Origin: a virus
Length of the DNA stretch: 59,156 nt
Virus record (IMG/VR): IMGVR_UViG_3300045988_148442
Location: 1-59,156 of that record
Strand: one strand, 5' to 3'
This document shows positions 43,762 through 54,001 of this stretch, piece by piece. Numbering within the stretch: position 1 is the stretch's first letter; every line of letters starts with the position of its first letter. The position numbers and the translations under genes were made by a program. The notes below the pieces were generated by a model. That model did no database searches and had not been told where the DNA came from. It worked only from the letters and a program-made list of their open reading frames with translations.

Positions 43762-44166
43762 TTAAATCACTCCTACTACAACAGCGTCACTAATGCGGTG
43801 ATGTCCTGTTGGTGGAGTTGCAAAATTACCTTTTTTTGTTTCTGTAATGTCACGCTCTCCACATAAACAATAAACAATATCACCTGCTGAAATAGTACTT
43901 ATAGTAGGTATAGTCATTGAAAATTTATCGTCCATTTCCGTTGTCACTGTAACTGTTTTTGTTGAAAATTTGCGAACATTTTTCATTATAGGGACTGTAA
44001 TTACTGCTTGTTTCTGTGCTTGCTTACCATTAGCCTTTATCATATTTAATGGCTGTATCTTTGCGTTATTTCCACTAACACTTAATACCTTTGCAAAAAA
44101 AGCAGTATGTAAATTAAGTAGCTTTTGTTCTATTAATTCACTTAATACCGTACCTGAAATACTCAA
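43762..44166 (-). CDS. Baseplate spike/plug protein (gpV / XkdR-like)
   Basis: 134 aa with ...AGDIVYCLCGERDI...HHRISDAVVVGVI. The call rests mainly on position. Confidence 0.45.
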   Translation of the reverse strand: MSISGTVLSELIEQKLLNLHTAFFAKVLSVSGNNAKIQPLNMIKANGKQAQKQAVITVPIMKNVRKFSTKTVTVTTEMDDKFSMTIPTISTISAGDIVYCLCGERDITETKKGNFATPPTGHHRISDAVVVGVI

Positions 44167-45068
44167 CTGTAGACCACCTTTGCTTTCGTTATTAAATCTT
44201 CACCATTATATTTATGTTCTCCCGATTTAACTCTAAACTTACCTTTAACTTCTCTTGAATTAATAGTAATAATACTTGCTGTTTGTATTTGATGTTGTAA
44301 AAGCATTTCTATGTCATAACCTCTTATTGTATCTTTGTAATCTGCGTTTGTTTCTTCTTCTTCAAATTTAGATAAATCAAGCAAACCTGTATCATCACTT
44401 AATATAAATGATGTATTGTCACCTTTATTAAGAGGACGCACATATATTTTGCTTTTTAGAATATAAGCAGATACACCACATATTTTCGCAAGTCGCTTTA
44501 TATTGTCCATTAAACCGCCGTCAACTGTTTCTTCATCTTTATATGTATAATCACGAGCAACGCTAAAAGTAGCTATAGGCAAACCTACCTTTCTGCATAA
44601 ATCTTTTAAAATTCTGCTTGCCTTTGTTCCTTTTGCATAACTTACACTTGATATATCTTTTTCTTTTAAATTCATATCGTCAAGTGCTTTTATAGTAGTT
44701 ACTTTGTCGCAATCCTCATATTTTGTTGACTTTTTAGAAATATAGCCACTAAAAATTACGCCTGTATCTTTCCCATATCCTGCTGTTACTGTTATTTTTT
44801 CCTTGTTTTTAATGTTATTTATAGTGTTATTAGTGAGATTATATACTATAATTTCAGCTTCATTTGCTTCTGTATCATCATCAAACGGTATTGTAAATTC
44901 AATATCAAGTTCAGAATTTTTTATTGTCACATCACCCGTTTTAATAATAACAGTATGTTTAAATTGACCTTTGACATCAGTGTTTAATTTCTCATTGATT
45001 TTTTTAAATGAAGTTATAAGCCGAGAAACATTTTTATTATTGTTATTTTTAGTTATAACATTACTCAT
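44163..45068 (-). CDS. Baseplate hub / XkdQ-like (late control D-like) protein
   Basis: 301 aa. It follows the LysM protein, as in PBSX xkdP-xkdQ. It contains ITVTAGYGKDTGVIFSGYI. Confidence 0.5.
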   Translation of the reverse strand: MSNVITKNNNNKNVSRLITSFKKINEKLNTDVKGQFKHTVIIKTGDVTIKNSELDIEFTIPFDDDTEANEAEIIVYNLTNNTINNIKNKEKITVTAGYGKDTGVIFSGYISKKSTKYEDCDKVTTIKALDDMNLKEKDISSVSYAKGTKASRILKDLCRKVGLPIATFSVARDYTYKDEETVDGGLMDNIKRLAKICGVSAYILKSKIYVRPLNKGDNTSFILSDDTGLLDLSKFEEEETNADYKDTIRGYDIEMLLQHQIQTASIITINSREVKGKFRVKSGEHKYNGEDLITKAKVVYS

Positions 45069-45389
45069 TTATTCGACCTCATCATCAATAGTTAAAAATA
45101 CTGTAACTCCTAAATTGTCATAAGTTACTGTATTTTCTTTTCCACTTTCGTCTAAAGGTACAATATCTAAACACGGAAATTTTGCCGCATTATATACATC
45201 TTGAAATAATTTTGAACCATAAATAAGCGGTTCATCATATACAAGTACCTCATCATTTTTTGATAGAGTACAAGTAAATAAATCAACCGCTTCATTATAT
45301 TTAAATTCAAGATTAAATTCTTCTGAACCTAACACAATATTAAAATCATACGGCATTTCTGTTTTTTCAACTTCTATAATGTCACGCAT
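45069..45389 (-). CDS. Hypothetical tail protein
   Basis: 106-aa ORF with no gap to its neighbour. Confidence 0.5.
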   Translation of the reverse strand: MRDIIEVEKTEMPYDFNIVLGSEEFNLEFKYNEAVDLFTCTLSKNDEVLVYDEPLIYGSKLFQDVYNAAKFPCLDIVPLDESGKENTVTYDNLGVTVFLTIDDEVE

Positions 45390-45400
45390 AATTTCACCTC

Positions 45401-46006
45401 TTATGGAATTAAAAATCTTTGACCTGTGTATATTGTATATTTATCAACATTGTAACCTTTATTACGTTTATCTATCATAGCTTTATTAGCATTATAGATT
45501 TTAGTATACTGCATACCATTTCCATAATACTTTTGAGCTATAGTCCAAAGACAATCTCCTGTTTTTACAGTATAGTATCTTTTTGTTGATTTTTTCTTTT
45601 TTGTAACTTGCTTTGTGCTTGTTGTTTTCTTTTTTGATTTTGACTTTACATAAGCTGATTTTGCAATCCTTACTTCTTTAATAGTCATATCAAATTCGCA
45701 ACCGCCGTCAACCTTGTTACTATACTTATAATTAAATTCCGTAATAAGGGCGTTGCTTAAAATGCAACGCCCCACATACTTAACATATTTTCCGTTTTTG
45801 GAATAGCTGTCTAATTTATCAATAATTGATTTTGCTTTTGTTTTATTTACATTTACTATATATCCAGTCAAAGATAATTCAATAGCGTTTCTCTTTACAT
45901 TATCTGTTATCGGCAAGCCTTTTTCTACTGGATGTTCAGAAACAGTTACACCTTTTTTCATTTGTTCTTCGGTAACACAAACATACAGATTATTTATAAG
46001 TGCCAT
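45401..46006 (-). CDS. LysM-domain tail protein (XkdP-like)
   Basis: The C-terminal LysM reads YYTVKTGDCLWTIAQKYYGNGMQYTKIYNAN. It lies directly after the tape measure. Confidence 0.75.
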   Translation of the reverse strand: MALINNLYVCVTEEQMKKGVTVSEHPVEKGLPITDNVKRNAIELSLTGYIVNVNKTKAKSIIDKLDSYSKNGKYVKYVGRCILSNALITEFNYKYSNKVDGGCEFDMTIKEVRIAKSAYVKSKSKKKTTSTKQVTKKKKSTKRYYTVKTGDCLWTIAQKYYGNGMQYTKIYNANKAMIDKRNKGYNVDKYTIYTGQRFLIP

Positions 46007-46008
46007 TG

Positions 46009-49000
46009 TTATACCTCCTGCAACTCAACATTGTTTGTTCTTCCAATGCTTTCAAATGTTTCTTCCATAGCTTCACTTATCCATTGTTTAATCTTGCGTT
46101 TCAGTGTCCTTTCGTCACCAACACCGCTTATTTCAAGATTAAATTGAGGTGAATAAGTATTGTACTCAACTGTTGTTGTGTTAGTAGTACCGCTATCAAG
46201 AGTGTATTCGCCAAAATCAGCACCTAATATATTTCCTGTCTTTTCCCAAAGATTTAAGCCTGTTTGCCGTTTATTCTTTGATAATGGTATAGCCATTTCG
46301 CTACCGTCTTCGCCAAATATACTCGGCTTGTTTGCAATACCTCCGTTAGCATAACCGTGACCTTTAAACGCATTTGCAAGAGAACCATATCTTGATACTG
46401 CATATCTGATTGACGCTAAAATGTTACTTAACGGGTCATATATGTTTTTATTAAATCCTGCTCTTGCATAAGTAGCAAAAGTCGGGTCAATAACTTGCAT
46501 AAGTCCTTTTGACGGAGTGCCTTTTTTAGCGTTACTATCCCATAAGTTAATAGCTTTCGGGTTTCCTCCGCTTTCGGTTTGCATTTGGTATAGTGTTCGT
46601 GCAACATTTGCAGGGCTGTATTGTCCTTCCATTTTTAATGCCCTTATAACCAAATTTTTCCACTGTTCTACACCTTTTGAGCTGTCATAATTAACAATAC
46701 TCATTTCTTCAACAAGTTTGTTAAACCAACTTGACATCTGACCTGTTATTGTATCAACCATTCCTTGACCGAGATATAAACCTAAACCGTTTAAACCGTT
46801 ATAGCTGATACCGTCTTTTATTTTGCTTATCAATCCTTTTGCATTGTCAATATAGCTAAATACATCAATATCGCCTATACCGTCAGCATATCTAAATGTA
46901 GGTGACTTTCTACCTAAAAGCTGTGCCGTATCTTCAGCGGATAATACTTTCATCCCTTTAGGTGCGTTCGGAATAAATACATTTCTGCCTTGTGGGATAA
47001 ATGATTGTCCGTTTGGCATTTGTACTAATTCAGCACCTCTGCCGTCATTAACAAGAGCATTACCGCCTTTATGACCGTCTGTACCTTTTGCGTAAGCCGT
47101 CCAAGACGCTATTCTCTTATCAGAGCCAAATTGTTTTAATATCCAATTTGCACTATCAATAACCTTATTTACAGGTGTTGCTGACGCTTTTACTGCGTCT
47201 TGCCATATTGATACGAGTGCCGAACTTAAACTTTTACCCGCACTTCTCAAACCATTACCCATTTTTTGTGGTAACTGGCTTATTTTGCTAACAAGAGTTG
47301 CTATACATTTTGTCATTATGCTTGTCATATCTTTTGATATTCCTTGCATAATTGACCTAACTGTTGTTGCAAATCTTTTGAGCATAACAATAAATTGCAT
47401 TACAGTTACAATTCCTTTTGTCACCATATTACCTAAAGAAACACTAAAAATTTGTGGTGATTTAGATACTGATTTAAAGCTATTAGATACAGCTTTTAAT
47501 TCAGATAATAAAACGGTTAGTAAGCCAATAACAATAGTAATTGATACTACCATTGACATAAACGCTTTATTCATAACCATTGTTGCACTTGCTGATATAG
47601 CGGTTGATGTTGCAAATACAATAAATTTAGTTGATACACTTGTTAAAGGTGGTAATATTTTTGTTAATGCAGATGATAACGGCATTAACATAGTAGTAAG
47701 CAACATAGACGATTTACCAATTGAATTAAATATTTTAGGTAATGCCTTTGTTATGGCTACAACAAGTGTAAACATCATTGCTAATATTGTTACTGCTGTA
47801 ATAAGTCCAGTTATAGCCGCAAGCAAAATTACGGAAGAACCTGCCAAAGTAACAAATTCAACTGATAATGGTGCTAAAGCCGCCGCTAAAAGTCCTACTG
47901 GTATAAGCAATTTTGTAAATTCTCCCGACAACGGTTTTAATGCTTTTGCAAAAATCGGTGTTGATGTGCTTAAAATTTTAAACAACGGTGCTAATATAGC
48001 CATTGCAGTTGTAAATAATAACGCTAAAGGCGATAAAACTACAAATACTGCCATAAGTCCTGCTATAGCACCCATAAACACTATTGTAGGTGCTACTAAT
48101 GCAAACATAGCCACTGATAAAGATAATAAAGTTACAGAGAACATCATCATTACTGGCGTTAATACTATAACTATTTGCATTAATTGTGTAAACGCTTGTG
48201 TCATTAACATTGTGAACATTGTTATCATCATTATTGACGCAGGTAACATCATCAAAATAGCTGATAACATTGTAAACATTACATTTACAATTACGAGAAT
48301 AGCCATTAATGCAGTTAGCGAAGCTAAAAATACAAACGTAGAAGCCGCTAAAACAGTAAATAATAATGTTAATGGAGTTATAGCCGCTGTAAACATTAAT
48401 ACTGGAGCAACAAGCATAGTAAACACCATTGCGAGCGGTGTAACTGACGCTATCACAACCATTGATGTTTGTGCTAATACATTAAACTGTGTATTTAACA
48501 ATGTTAATTGGGTATTGAGCATTAACATCATTACGTTAAGAGTTGTAATAATTACTGTTATTCCTGTAATTGCAACTAAAAACAATGTAGCCGCTACTGC
48601 TAAAAGCGTAAATGCTAATGACAATGGTGTTATTGTAGCAACCAACAAAGCTGTAGGAACTACCAACGCTGTAAAAATAGCGGGTAATGGTGATAAAGCA
48701 ACAACAACTTGTGGTACTGTTGCATTTAAAATTCCAAACATATTATTAAGCACTGTTAATTGTGCGTTTAACATTAACATCATTACATTTAAAACTGTTA
48801 TAATAGCCAATACACCCGTAATTGCTACTAAAAATACTGTTGTTGATACAGCTAACAACGTAAATGCTAATGATAGAGGAGTAATTGCAACGAGTAAAGC
48901 TACTGTTGGTGCTACAAGTGCCAAAAATACAGCCGAAAGCGGTGTAAGAGCTACAATCAATTTAGCTGTTGCTACCGATATAACTGTAAATGCTATGTTT

Positions 49001-51471
49001 AGCAACATTAATTGTGCATTAAACAATGTTGTCATTACTGTTAATGCTGACATAATAGCCAATATACCTGTTATAGCTACTAAAAATACCGTTGACATAG
49101 CCGCTAACAGTGTAAACGACACTGCTAAAACAGTTGTAAGAGCCGCAAATGCTGTTAAAGGTATAACTGCCGCCGTTAATGCTACTACTAAAGGTGTTAA
49201 TGATGTTGCAAACATCATCATTTGTGGAACTAAAACAGCAAATATAGCAGGAAGCATTGAAGCCGCTGTTGCAAATACTGTTATTAGAGCCGTCATTGCT
49301 GTAAACGCCACCGTTATAACTAAAAACGAAGCCGCAATAACTAATAAAGCCGCTCCAACTACCATTAACCCTGCACCGAGTACTAAAGCACCTGCACCAC
49401 CTACTAAAGCACCTGCACCAAAAGCTAATAAGCTACCACCTAATGCCAATAATGCACCTGCACTCTGCAATCCATATTGTGCAACAGTCGGTAAAGCACT
49501 CGCTACTATTTTTAAACCGTTAGCCGCCATTAATGCACCTGCTCCTATAAGTGCAAATCCTGCACCAACAAGAGCAACTGCCGCACCAAAAGCGATAAAT
49601 CCAACTGCTCCTGCTGTTAATGCTGTTCCAAGTACTGCCGCACCAATCGCAAGTCCTACTATAGCACCTACCATAGCTACCATAATTATAATAGCTCCTG
49701 CTCCTGCTTGTGATAAAGCAATAGCCGCTTGTGCAAGTAAATAAAATCCTGCACAAATAGCAAGGATTGAAGCACCTACTGCAAGAATAGCCGCCGCAAA
49801 TGCTAAAACCTGCGGTGCACTTGTTGCCGCCGCTGTTCCTACTGCTGTTGTTCCTGCCGCTGTTGTTGCTGTTGCCGTACCTGTAACAGTTGCCATTAAA
49901 GATTGAGCCGCTGTTACAATTCCTGTTATGATATTAACTGCTGTCATTACTACTTTATAAGCTAAAAACGCACCTACAAGACCTGCTACAAGTGGTAACA
50001 ACCAATTTATATTATTTCCTATCCAAGTTATTAAGTTTAACGCTAAATTGCCTACAAACGCTATTACTGGAGATAAAACATTTAATAATGCTAATATTCC
50101 TGCTCCTATCTGTTTTGCCGCATTGAACAAACTATCAAGAGCATTACTTAACTTATTAAAAGTATCTTCACCCATTGGGTGACCTGTTATTGCTTCATAT
50201 AGCGTTTTAACAATTTCCAAACCAACTTTTTTAATTTGTGGGAATATTGAGCTTACTATTTTCGGCAATGATGTAATAAGACTTGAAACAATCTGACCTG
50301 CCGCACTTAACAAAGGCGGTAAAATTGACGATACAAAAGACGGTATTTCTTTTGTGATTATTGGAGTTAATTCCTTTATCAAAGAACCTACTCCCGAAAG
50401 TCCTTTTTTAATAGCAGGCATTATATTTCCTGCAAAAGTTTTAACAGATTTAACAATATTATCAACACATTGGTCGAAACTATCTCCGCCTTGTATCAAA
50501 GCAGGCATAAGGTTTCCCCACGCTGATTTCATTGCATTTAAAGAACCGCTGATTGTCTTTTCAGCTTCTTTTTGCGTTGTTCCATAAATACCTGTTTCTT
50601 TTTGAACTGCGTGTATCGCCTTTACAATATTTCCGTATGACATACTGTTTGCGTCAACACTCTTGTCTAACTTTGAAGCGTCTTTTATTAAGCGTTTCAT
50701 TTCTTCTTTTGTGCCGCCATATCCAAGCTTTAAGTTATCAAGCATAGTATAGTTTTGCTTTGCAAAACCTTGATATGCGTACTGTATTGACTGCATATCA
50801 GTACCCATTTTATTTGCATTATCCGCCATATCGGATATAGCTACATTAGCAAGGCTTGCCGCTTTTTTTGTATCGCCGCCTACGCTCTGCAAAAGACTTG
50901 CTGAAAAACCTGTTACGCTTTCCATATATTCATTTGCTGACAATCCTGCTGTTTTATATGCGTCATTCGCATATTTCATAACTATCGGAGCACTCTTTTT
51001 AAATAGAGTTTCAACACCGCCTGTTAATTGCTCATAATCTGCATAAGCTGATACAGATTTTTTAACGAGTAAACCAACTGCTGTTGCCGCCGCTCCTATT
51101 CCAACTCCTAACGCTTTAAAAGATACTCCTGCTACTTTCTTTAAACCATTAAAAGCCGCAACTGCTGATTTTTTTGCTATGTTAGTTAAATTAGTTGCAA
51201 TCTTATCAAGTCCACTTTTCAGCTTGCTAAACCCAACATCTGTTAGTTTTTTCAATGCTTTATGTGACTTATCTGCACTATCTTCTAACTTTCCTGCTGA
51301 TTTTGACGCATTATCCGCTTGTTCTTTGACTTTTTCCAATCCGTCAGACTTTCCAACACCTGTTACAGATTTTTTTACATCATCTAAACCGCTTGTTAAG
51401 CCTTTTAATTTGCTTAAATCAGTTTCAAAGCCAATTTCTATGACATCTTTGCGAATAACGTTTTCTGCCAT
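46009..51471 (-). CDS. Tail tape measure protein with a C-terminal lytic transglycosylase domain
   Basis: 1820 aa, with a coiled N-terminus, a hydrophobic repeat core of about 880 aa, and an SLT motif near the C-terminus (MQTESGGNP...KGLMQVIDPTF). Confidence 0.9.
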   Translation of the reverse strand: MAENVIRKDVIEIGFETDLSKLKGLTSGLDDVKKSVTGVGKSDGLEKVKEQADNASKSAGKLEDSADKSHKALKKLTDVGFSKLKSGLDKIATNLTNIAKKSAVAAFNGLKKVAGVSFKALGVGIGAAATAVGLLVKKSVSAYADYEQLTGGVETLFKKSAPIVMKYANDAYKTAGLSANEYMESVTGFSASLLQSVGGDTKKAASLANVAISDMADNANKMGTDMQSIQYAYQGFAKQNYTMLDNLKLGYGGTKEEMKRLIKDASKLDKSVDANSMSYGNIVKAIHAVQKETGIYGTTQKEAEKTISGSLNAMKSAWGNLMPALIQGGDSFDQCVDNIVKSVKTFAGNIMPAIKKGLSGVGSLIKELTPIITKEIPSFVSSILPPLLSAAGQIVSSLITSLPKIVSSIFPQIKKVGLEIVKTLYEAITGHPMGEDTFNKLSNALDSLFNAAKQIGAGILALLNVLSPVIAFVGNLALNLITWIGNNINWLLPLVAGLVGAFLAYKVVMTAVNIITGIVTAAQSLMATVTGTATATTAAGTTAVGTAAATSAPQVLAFAAAILAVGASILAICAGFYLLAQAAIALSQAGAGAIIIMVAMVGAIVGLAIGAAVLGTALTAGAVGFIAFGAAVALVGAGFALIGAGALMAANGLKIVASALPTVAQYGLQSAGALLALGGSLLAFGAGALVGGAGALVLGAGLMVVGAALLVIAASFLVITVAFTAMTALITVFATAASMLPAIFAVLVPQMMMFATSLTPLVVALTAAVIPLTAFAALTTVLAVSFTLLAAMSTVFLVAITGILAIMSALTVMTTLFNAQLMLLNIAFTVISVATAKLIVALTPLSAVFLALVAPTVALLVAITPLSLAFTLLAVSTTVFLVAITGVLAIITVLNVMMLMLNAQLTVLNNMFGILNATVPQVVVALSPLPAIFTALVVPTALLVATITPLSLAFTLLAVAATLFLVAITGITVIITTLNVMMLMLNTQLTLLNTQFNVLAQTSMVVIASVTPLAMVFTMLVAPVLMFTAAITPLTLLFTVLAASTFVFLASLTALMAILVIVNVMFTMLSAILMMLPASIMMITMFTMLMTQAFTQLMQIVIVLTPVMMMFSVTLLSLSVAMFALVAPTIVFMGAIAGLMAVFVVLSPLALLFTTAMAILAPLFKILSTSTPIFAKALKPLSGEFTKLLIPVGLLAAALAPLSVEFVTLAGSSVILLAAITGLITAVTILAMMFTLVVAITKALPKIFNSIGKSSMLLTTMLMPLSSALTKILPPLTSVSTKFIVFATSTAISASATMVMNKAFMSMVVSITIVIGLLTVLLSELKAVSNSFKSVSKSPQIFSVSLGNMVTKGIVTVMQFIVMLKRFATTVRSIMQGISKDMTSIMTKCIATLVSKISQLPQKMGNGLRSAGKSLSSALVSIWQDAVKASATPVNKVIDSANWILKQFGSDKRIASWTAYAKGTDGHKGGNALVNDGRGAELVQMPNGQSFIPQGRNVFIPNAPKGMKVLSAEDTAQLLGRKSPTFRYADGIGDIDVFSYIDNAKGLISKIKDGISYNGLNGLGLYLGQGMVDTITGQMSSWFNKLVEEMSIVNYDSSKGVEQWKNLVIRALKMEGQYSPANVARTLYQMQTESGGNPKAINLWDSNAKKGTPSKGLMQVIDPTFATYARAGFNKNIYDPLSNILASIRYAVSRYGSLANAFKGHGYANGGIANKPSIFGEDGSEMAIPLSKNKRQTGLNLWEKTGNILGADFGEYTLDSGTTNTTTVEYNTYSPQFNLEISGVGDERTLKRKIKQWISEAMEETFESIGRTNNVELQEV

Positions 51472-51494
51472 TATTTACCTCCTTTCTTTGGAAG

Positions 51495-51520
51495 TAAAAA
51501 AAGCACCTAAAATAGGTGCT
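51495..51520 (-). terminator. Terminator-like hairpin 24 nt upstream of the tape measure start
   Basis: The minus-strand RNA reads AGCACCU-auuuu-AGGUGCU followed by U7, then AAAGGAGG and ATG 51471. Confidence 0.45.
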
Positions 51521-51529
51521 TAACTTGTT

Positions 51530-51616
51530 CTATCGTTTTTTCTTTATTTTACTTTTTTCTTCTTTTTCTTTCATATCAAGAGCAATATTGGCTTTTTTAA
51601 TTTCTTGCGGTGTCAT
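51530..51616 (-). CDS. 28-aa Lys-rich ORF; possibly the distal part of a frameshifted tail chaperone product
   Basis: Its frame stays open upstream into the last 20 codons of 51678-51992 (the +1 frame). Confidence 0.3.
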   Translation of the reverse strand: MTPQEIKKANIALDMKEKEEKSKIKKKR

Positions 51617-51677
51617 TTGATAAAACACTGTATTGTAATCAAAATAGCCTGATAGGACAAGCCTATATAGTGGTAAA

Positions 51678-51992
51678 TTACTTTGTACTTCCCTTGTTAG
51701 TTGTGCTGTTGTTTTTCTTTTCTCGAAAGTTACCTTGCATTACTTCACGAGCAAATGTAACAACCTCGTTAAATTCGTCCATATTATCAAAATCGTCTGC
51801 TGTAAGTCCTTTAGGCTCAACAATTACATTATCAAAAAGGTACTCTGACAATTTATAAACAGATGTATTATTAGTACCCTCAATGTAACTGCCGTCTACT
51901 GCTTTAAGTGCCGCAGAAATTCCGTTAAACTGTGCAGTATATTTTGTTCCATTAATTACCTTGTCAACCTGATAAAATTTATTGTTTGTCAT
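51678..51992 (-). CDS. Tail assembly chaperone
   Basis: 104 aa, located between the tube and tape measure genes. Confidence 0.6.
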   Translation of the reverse strand: MTNNKFYQVDKVINGTKYTAQFNGISAALKAVDGSYIEGTNNTSVYKLSEYLFDNVIVEPKGLTADDFDNMDEFNEVVTFAREVMQGNFREKKNNSTTNKGSTK

Positions 51993-52012
51993 AGCTATTC
52001 CTCCTAATTAAT

Positions 52013-52038
52013 AAAGGGGAGGTTATTCCTCCCCTTTT
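52013..52038 (-). terminator. GC-rich hairpin (attenuator/terminator-like) after the tail tube gene
   Basis: AAAGGGGAGG-ttatt-CCTCCCCTTT, a 10-bp stem. The 3' flank on the minus strand is only moderately U-rich. Confidence 0.45.
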
Positions 52039-52065
52039 AATTTGAAATTATGTGTTTGATTTATT

Positions 52066-52467
52066 TTATTTTGTGCTTTCTGTAACTCCGTCAAATACGC
52101 AGAATTTAAATTCCAAATCTTCGGCTTCTGAACCGAGAGAAATTTCAGGTGCTTCCTCAATGCTTGCCATTGTTCCACCTAAACGAATACCAAGTGCCTT
52201 GTTAATTACCCAAACTGGGAATGTAGCACCTTTATTCTGCAAGTCAACAAGATAACTAAACTGTGGACTTGTAGGCTGTACTGTCAATGTAAGTGTATGG
52301 ATAGTATTATTAATTTCGCTCTTAATAATATCTCCCTGTGCACCAACAACCTTTTCAAAATATGCTTCCTCTTTTTCCCAAGAAATCATATCCTCGCCAA
52401 GTCCTGTTATGTATGTACCATTTACAAGTACAGAACAGTCTTTAGCATTATATCTTGATACGTTCAT
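52066..52467 (-). CDS. Tail tube protein (DUF3277-like)
   Basis: 133 aa, located between the sheath-like and chaperone genes. It contains AKDCSVLVNGTYITGLGEDMISW...LTLTVQPTSPQ. Confidence 0.55.
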   Translation of the reverse strand: MNVSRYNAKDCSVLVNGTYITGLGEDMISWEKEEAYFEKVVGAQGDIIKSEINNTIHTLTLTVQPTSPQFSYLVDLQNKGATFPVWVINKALGIRLGGTMASIEEAPEISLGSEAEDLEFKFCVFDGVTESTK

Positions 52468-52482
52468 AAATTAACCCTCCTA

Positions 52483-53499
52483 TTACATTGTAATTTCGCC
52501 CGTAATCTCTGCATAATGAATTGCTCCTGCAAGAACAAAGCTAAAGCTACCATACGGATAAATACGAGCCTTTCTGTCTGCTTCTGTTGTAGCACTTCTC
52601 AAAGCAAATGAAACAGTGTATGCAGGTGTACCGTCCTCGTTTGTTGCAATAATACCGTTGTTATATGCTTCACGCATAACATCAATAGTTGCACTTTCAA
52701 GCATTGCAATACCATTATTATCGTAAGGCACTTTGTCGGCTGTATTGAATACTTTTTGCGTCTTATAGCTGATATTTTTAATAACAAAATCTTTGCTATC
52801 AATAATATCAATATATTCACCGCTTAACACTTTGCCCTCTGTGAGTACATTATCACCTGCTTTTGAAACAATGGTAATTGCTCCTGCCGTGTGTGTGCTT
52901 TCTATTTCTGTGTCGGATAATTCAAGCGGCTCTACATTATTGATAATCAAATTCTTGTATGTAAAGCTACCTGCGTTAAGTCCTGCTGACGCACCTACAA
53001 TAGCGGCTTCGGGACAAACTTTAGCTGTGTCAGTATAATAAAATACAACCGTTCTATCATTTGCCTTTGTCAGCTTACTAATATCTGATGTTGCTGATAC
53101 ACTGCAAAAATACATTCTGTCTGTCGTTTCAACATAATCAGAAATTGTTTTTACGAGTGTAGCCGCTGGCTTACTTGTTTCACCCTCTAAAACAACTACA
53201 AGCTGTCTCCAATCATATTTAAGACATTTACCAATTGTTTCTGTTTCCTTGCCTGTTGCACAATTTACAATAGCAAACTTACTTGGTGCATTATTCTGTG
53301 ACAACATAAGGCTTGCTGTCTTGTATGCATTTGATGTGTTTGTGTAACCTACACTGATAACATTATCAAGTGTTTTACACTCAACATAGCCTTTATCTGT
53401 TACATCTGCACCCTCAACTACAAGGATAAGAGGGCAACTATAACTCATATTTCCAATAGGCTTGTTTAAATCAATTTTTACTTTTACATCTAAAGCCAT
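52483..53499 (-). CDS. Tail sheath-like major tail protein (DUF3383-like)
   Basis: 338 aa, upstream of the tube gene in a PBSX-like contractile-tail gene order. Confidence 0.5.
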   Translation of the reverse strand: MALDVKVKIDLNKPIGNMSYSCPLILVVEGADVTDKGYVECKTLDNVISVGYTNTSNAYKTASLMLSQNNAPSKFAIVNCATGKETETIGKCLKYDWRQLVVVLEGETSKPAATLVKTISDYVETTDRMYFCSVSATSDISKLTKANDRTVVFYYTDTAKVCPEAAIVGASAGLNAGSFTYKNLIINNVEPLELSDTEIESTHTAGAITIVSKAGDNVLTEGKVLSGEYIDIIDSKDFVIKNISYKTQKVFNTADKVPYDNNGIAMLESATIDVMREAYNNGIIATNEDGTPAYTVSFALRSATTEADRKARIYPYGSFSFVLAGAIHYAEITGEITM

Positions 53500-53514
53500 T
53501 TTATGACCTCCTTA

Positions 53515-54000
53515 TTAATATTTTGTTTCTTGCTTAATTTCAAAGCTTTCTATTGTGTCTGTTGTTTTTGTTTTACTTTCTACTGTATCAAACAGCCAAA
53601 ATACAACATCAAAACCGTGTTTGTACTCATATTCCATAGTTAATATATTGTCACGGTTCGTTATGCTTGTAGTTGACTGCACAATAACATCATTGTCATT
53701 TAGATATTGAGTACCTATATGTTCAAGCCATTCACGAGCTTTTACAATTAAATCAACATCTTCACCGCTTTTGTCCGATTGAGCCGATATACTCCAAATT
53801 TGAGTAATAGGCTTTCTATCGTAACCGTCACTATACACACCATAAGTGCCGTTATTTTCGCTTGCAAGCGTTGTTATTGTGTAAGATACATAAGGATATT
53901 TGGGCGGCTCTGCGTTCTGATTTTGACGAATTACGGGGCATTTTAAATAGTCCTTTAACCCCTTGACTACAACTTTTCTCATATTTTCATAGTCAATCAT
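53515..54000 (-). CDS. Neck / tail terminator-like protein
   Basis: I trimmed to ATG 54000, which sits behind AAGGAGG. The call rests on its position between the head completion and sheath genes. Confidence 0.4.
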   Translation of the reverse strand: MIDYENMRKVVVKGLKDYLKCPVIRQNQNAEPPKYPYVSYTITTLASENNGTYGVYSDGYDRKPITQIWSISAQSDKSGEDVDLIVKAREWLEHIGTQYLNDNDVIVQSTTSITNRDNILTMEYEYKHGFDVVFWLFDTVESKTKTTDTIESFEIKQETKY

Positions 54001-54001
54001 T

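Noticed and set aside
47285-49744. 819-aa plus-strand ORF, the longest plus-strand ORF in the window
   Set aside because: It lies exactly antisense to the hydrophobic repeat core of the tape measure gene. Its translation is low-complexity (I/N/A/T/V runs). It has no SD and no neighbouring plus-strand genes. It is open only because of the codon composition of the opposite strand.
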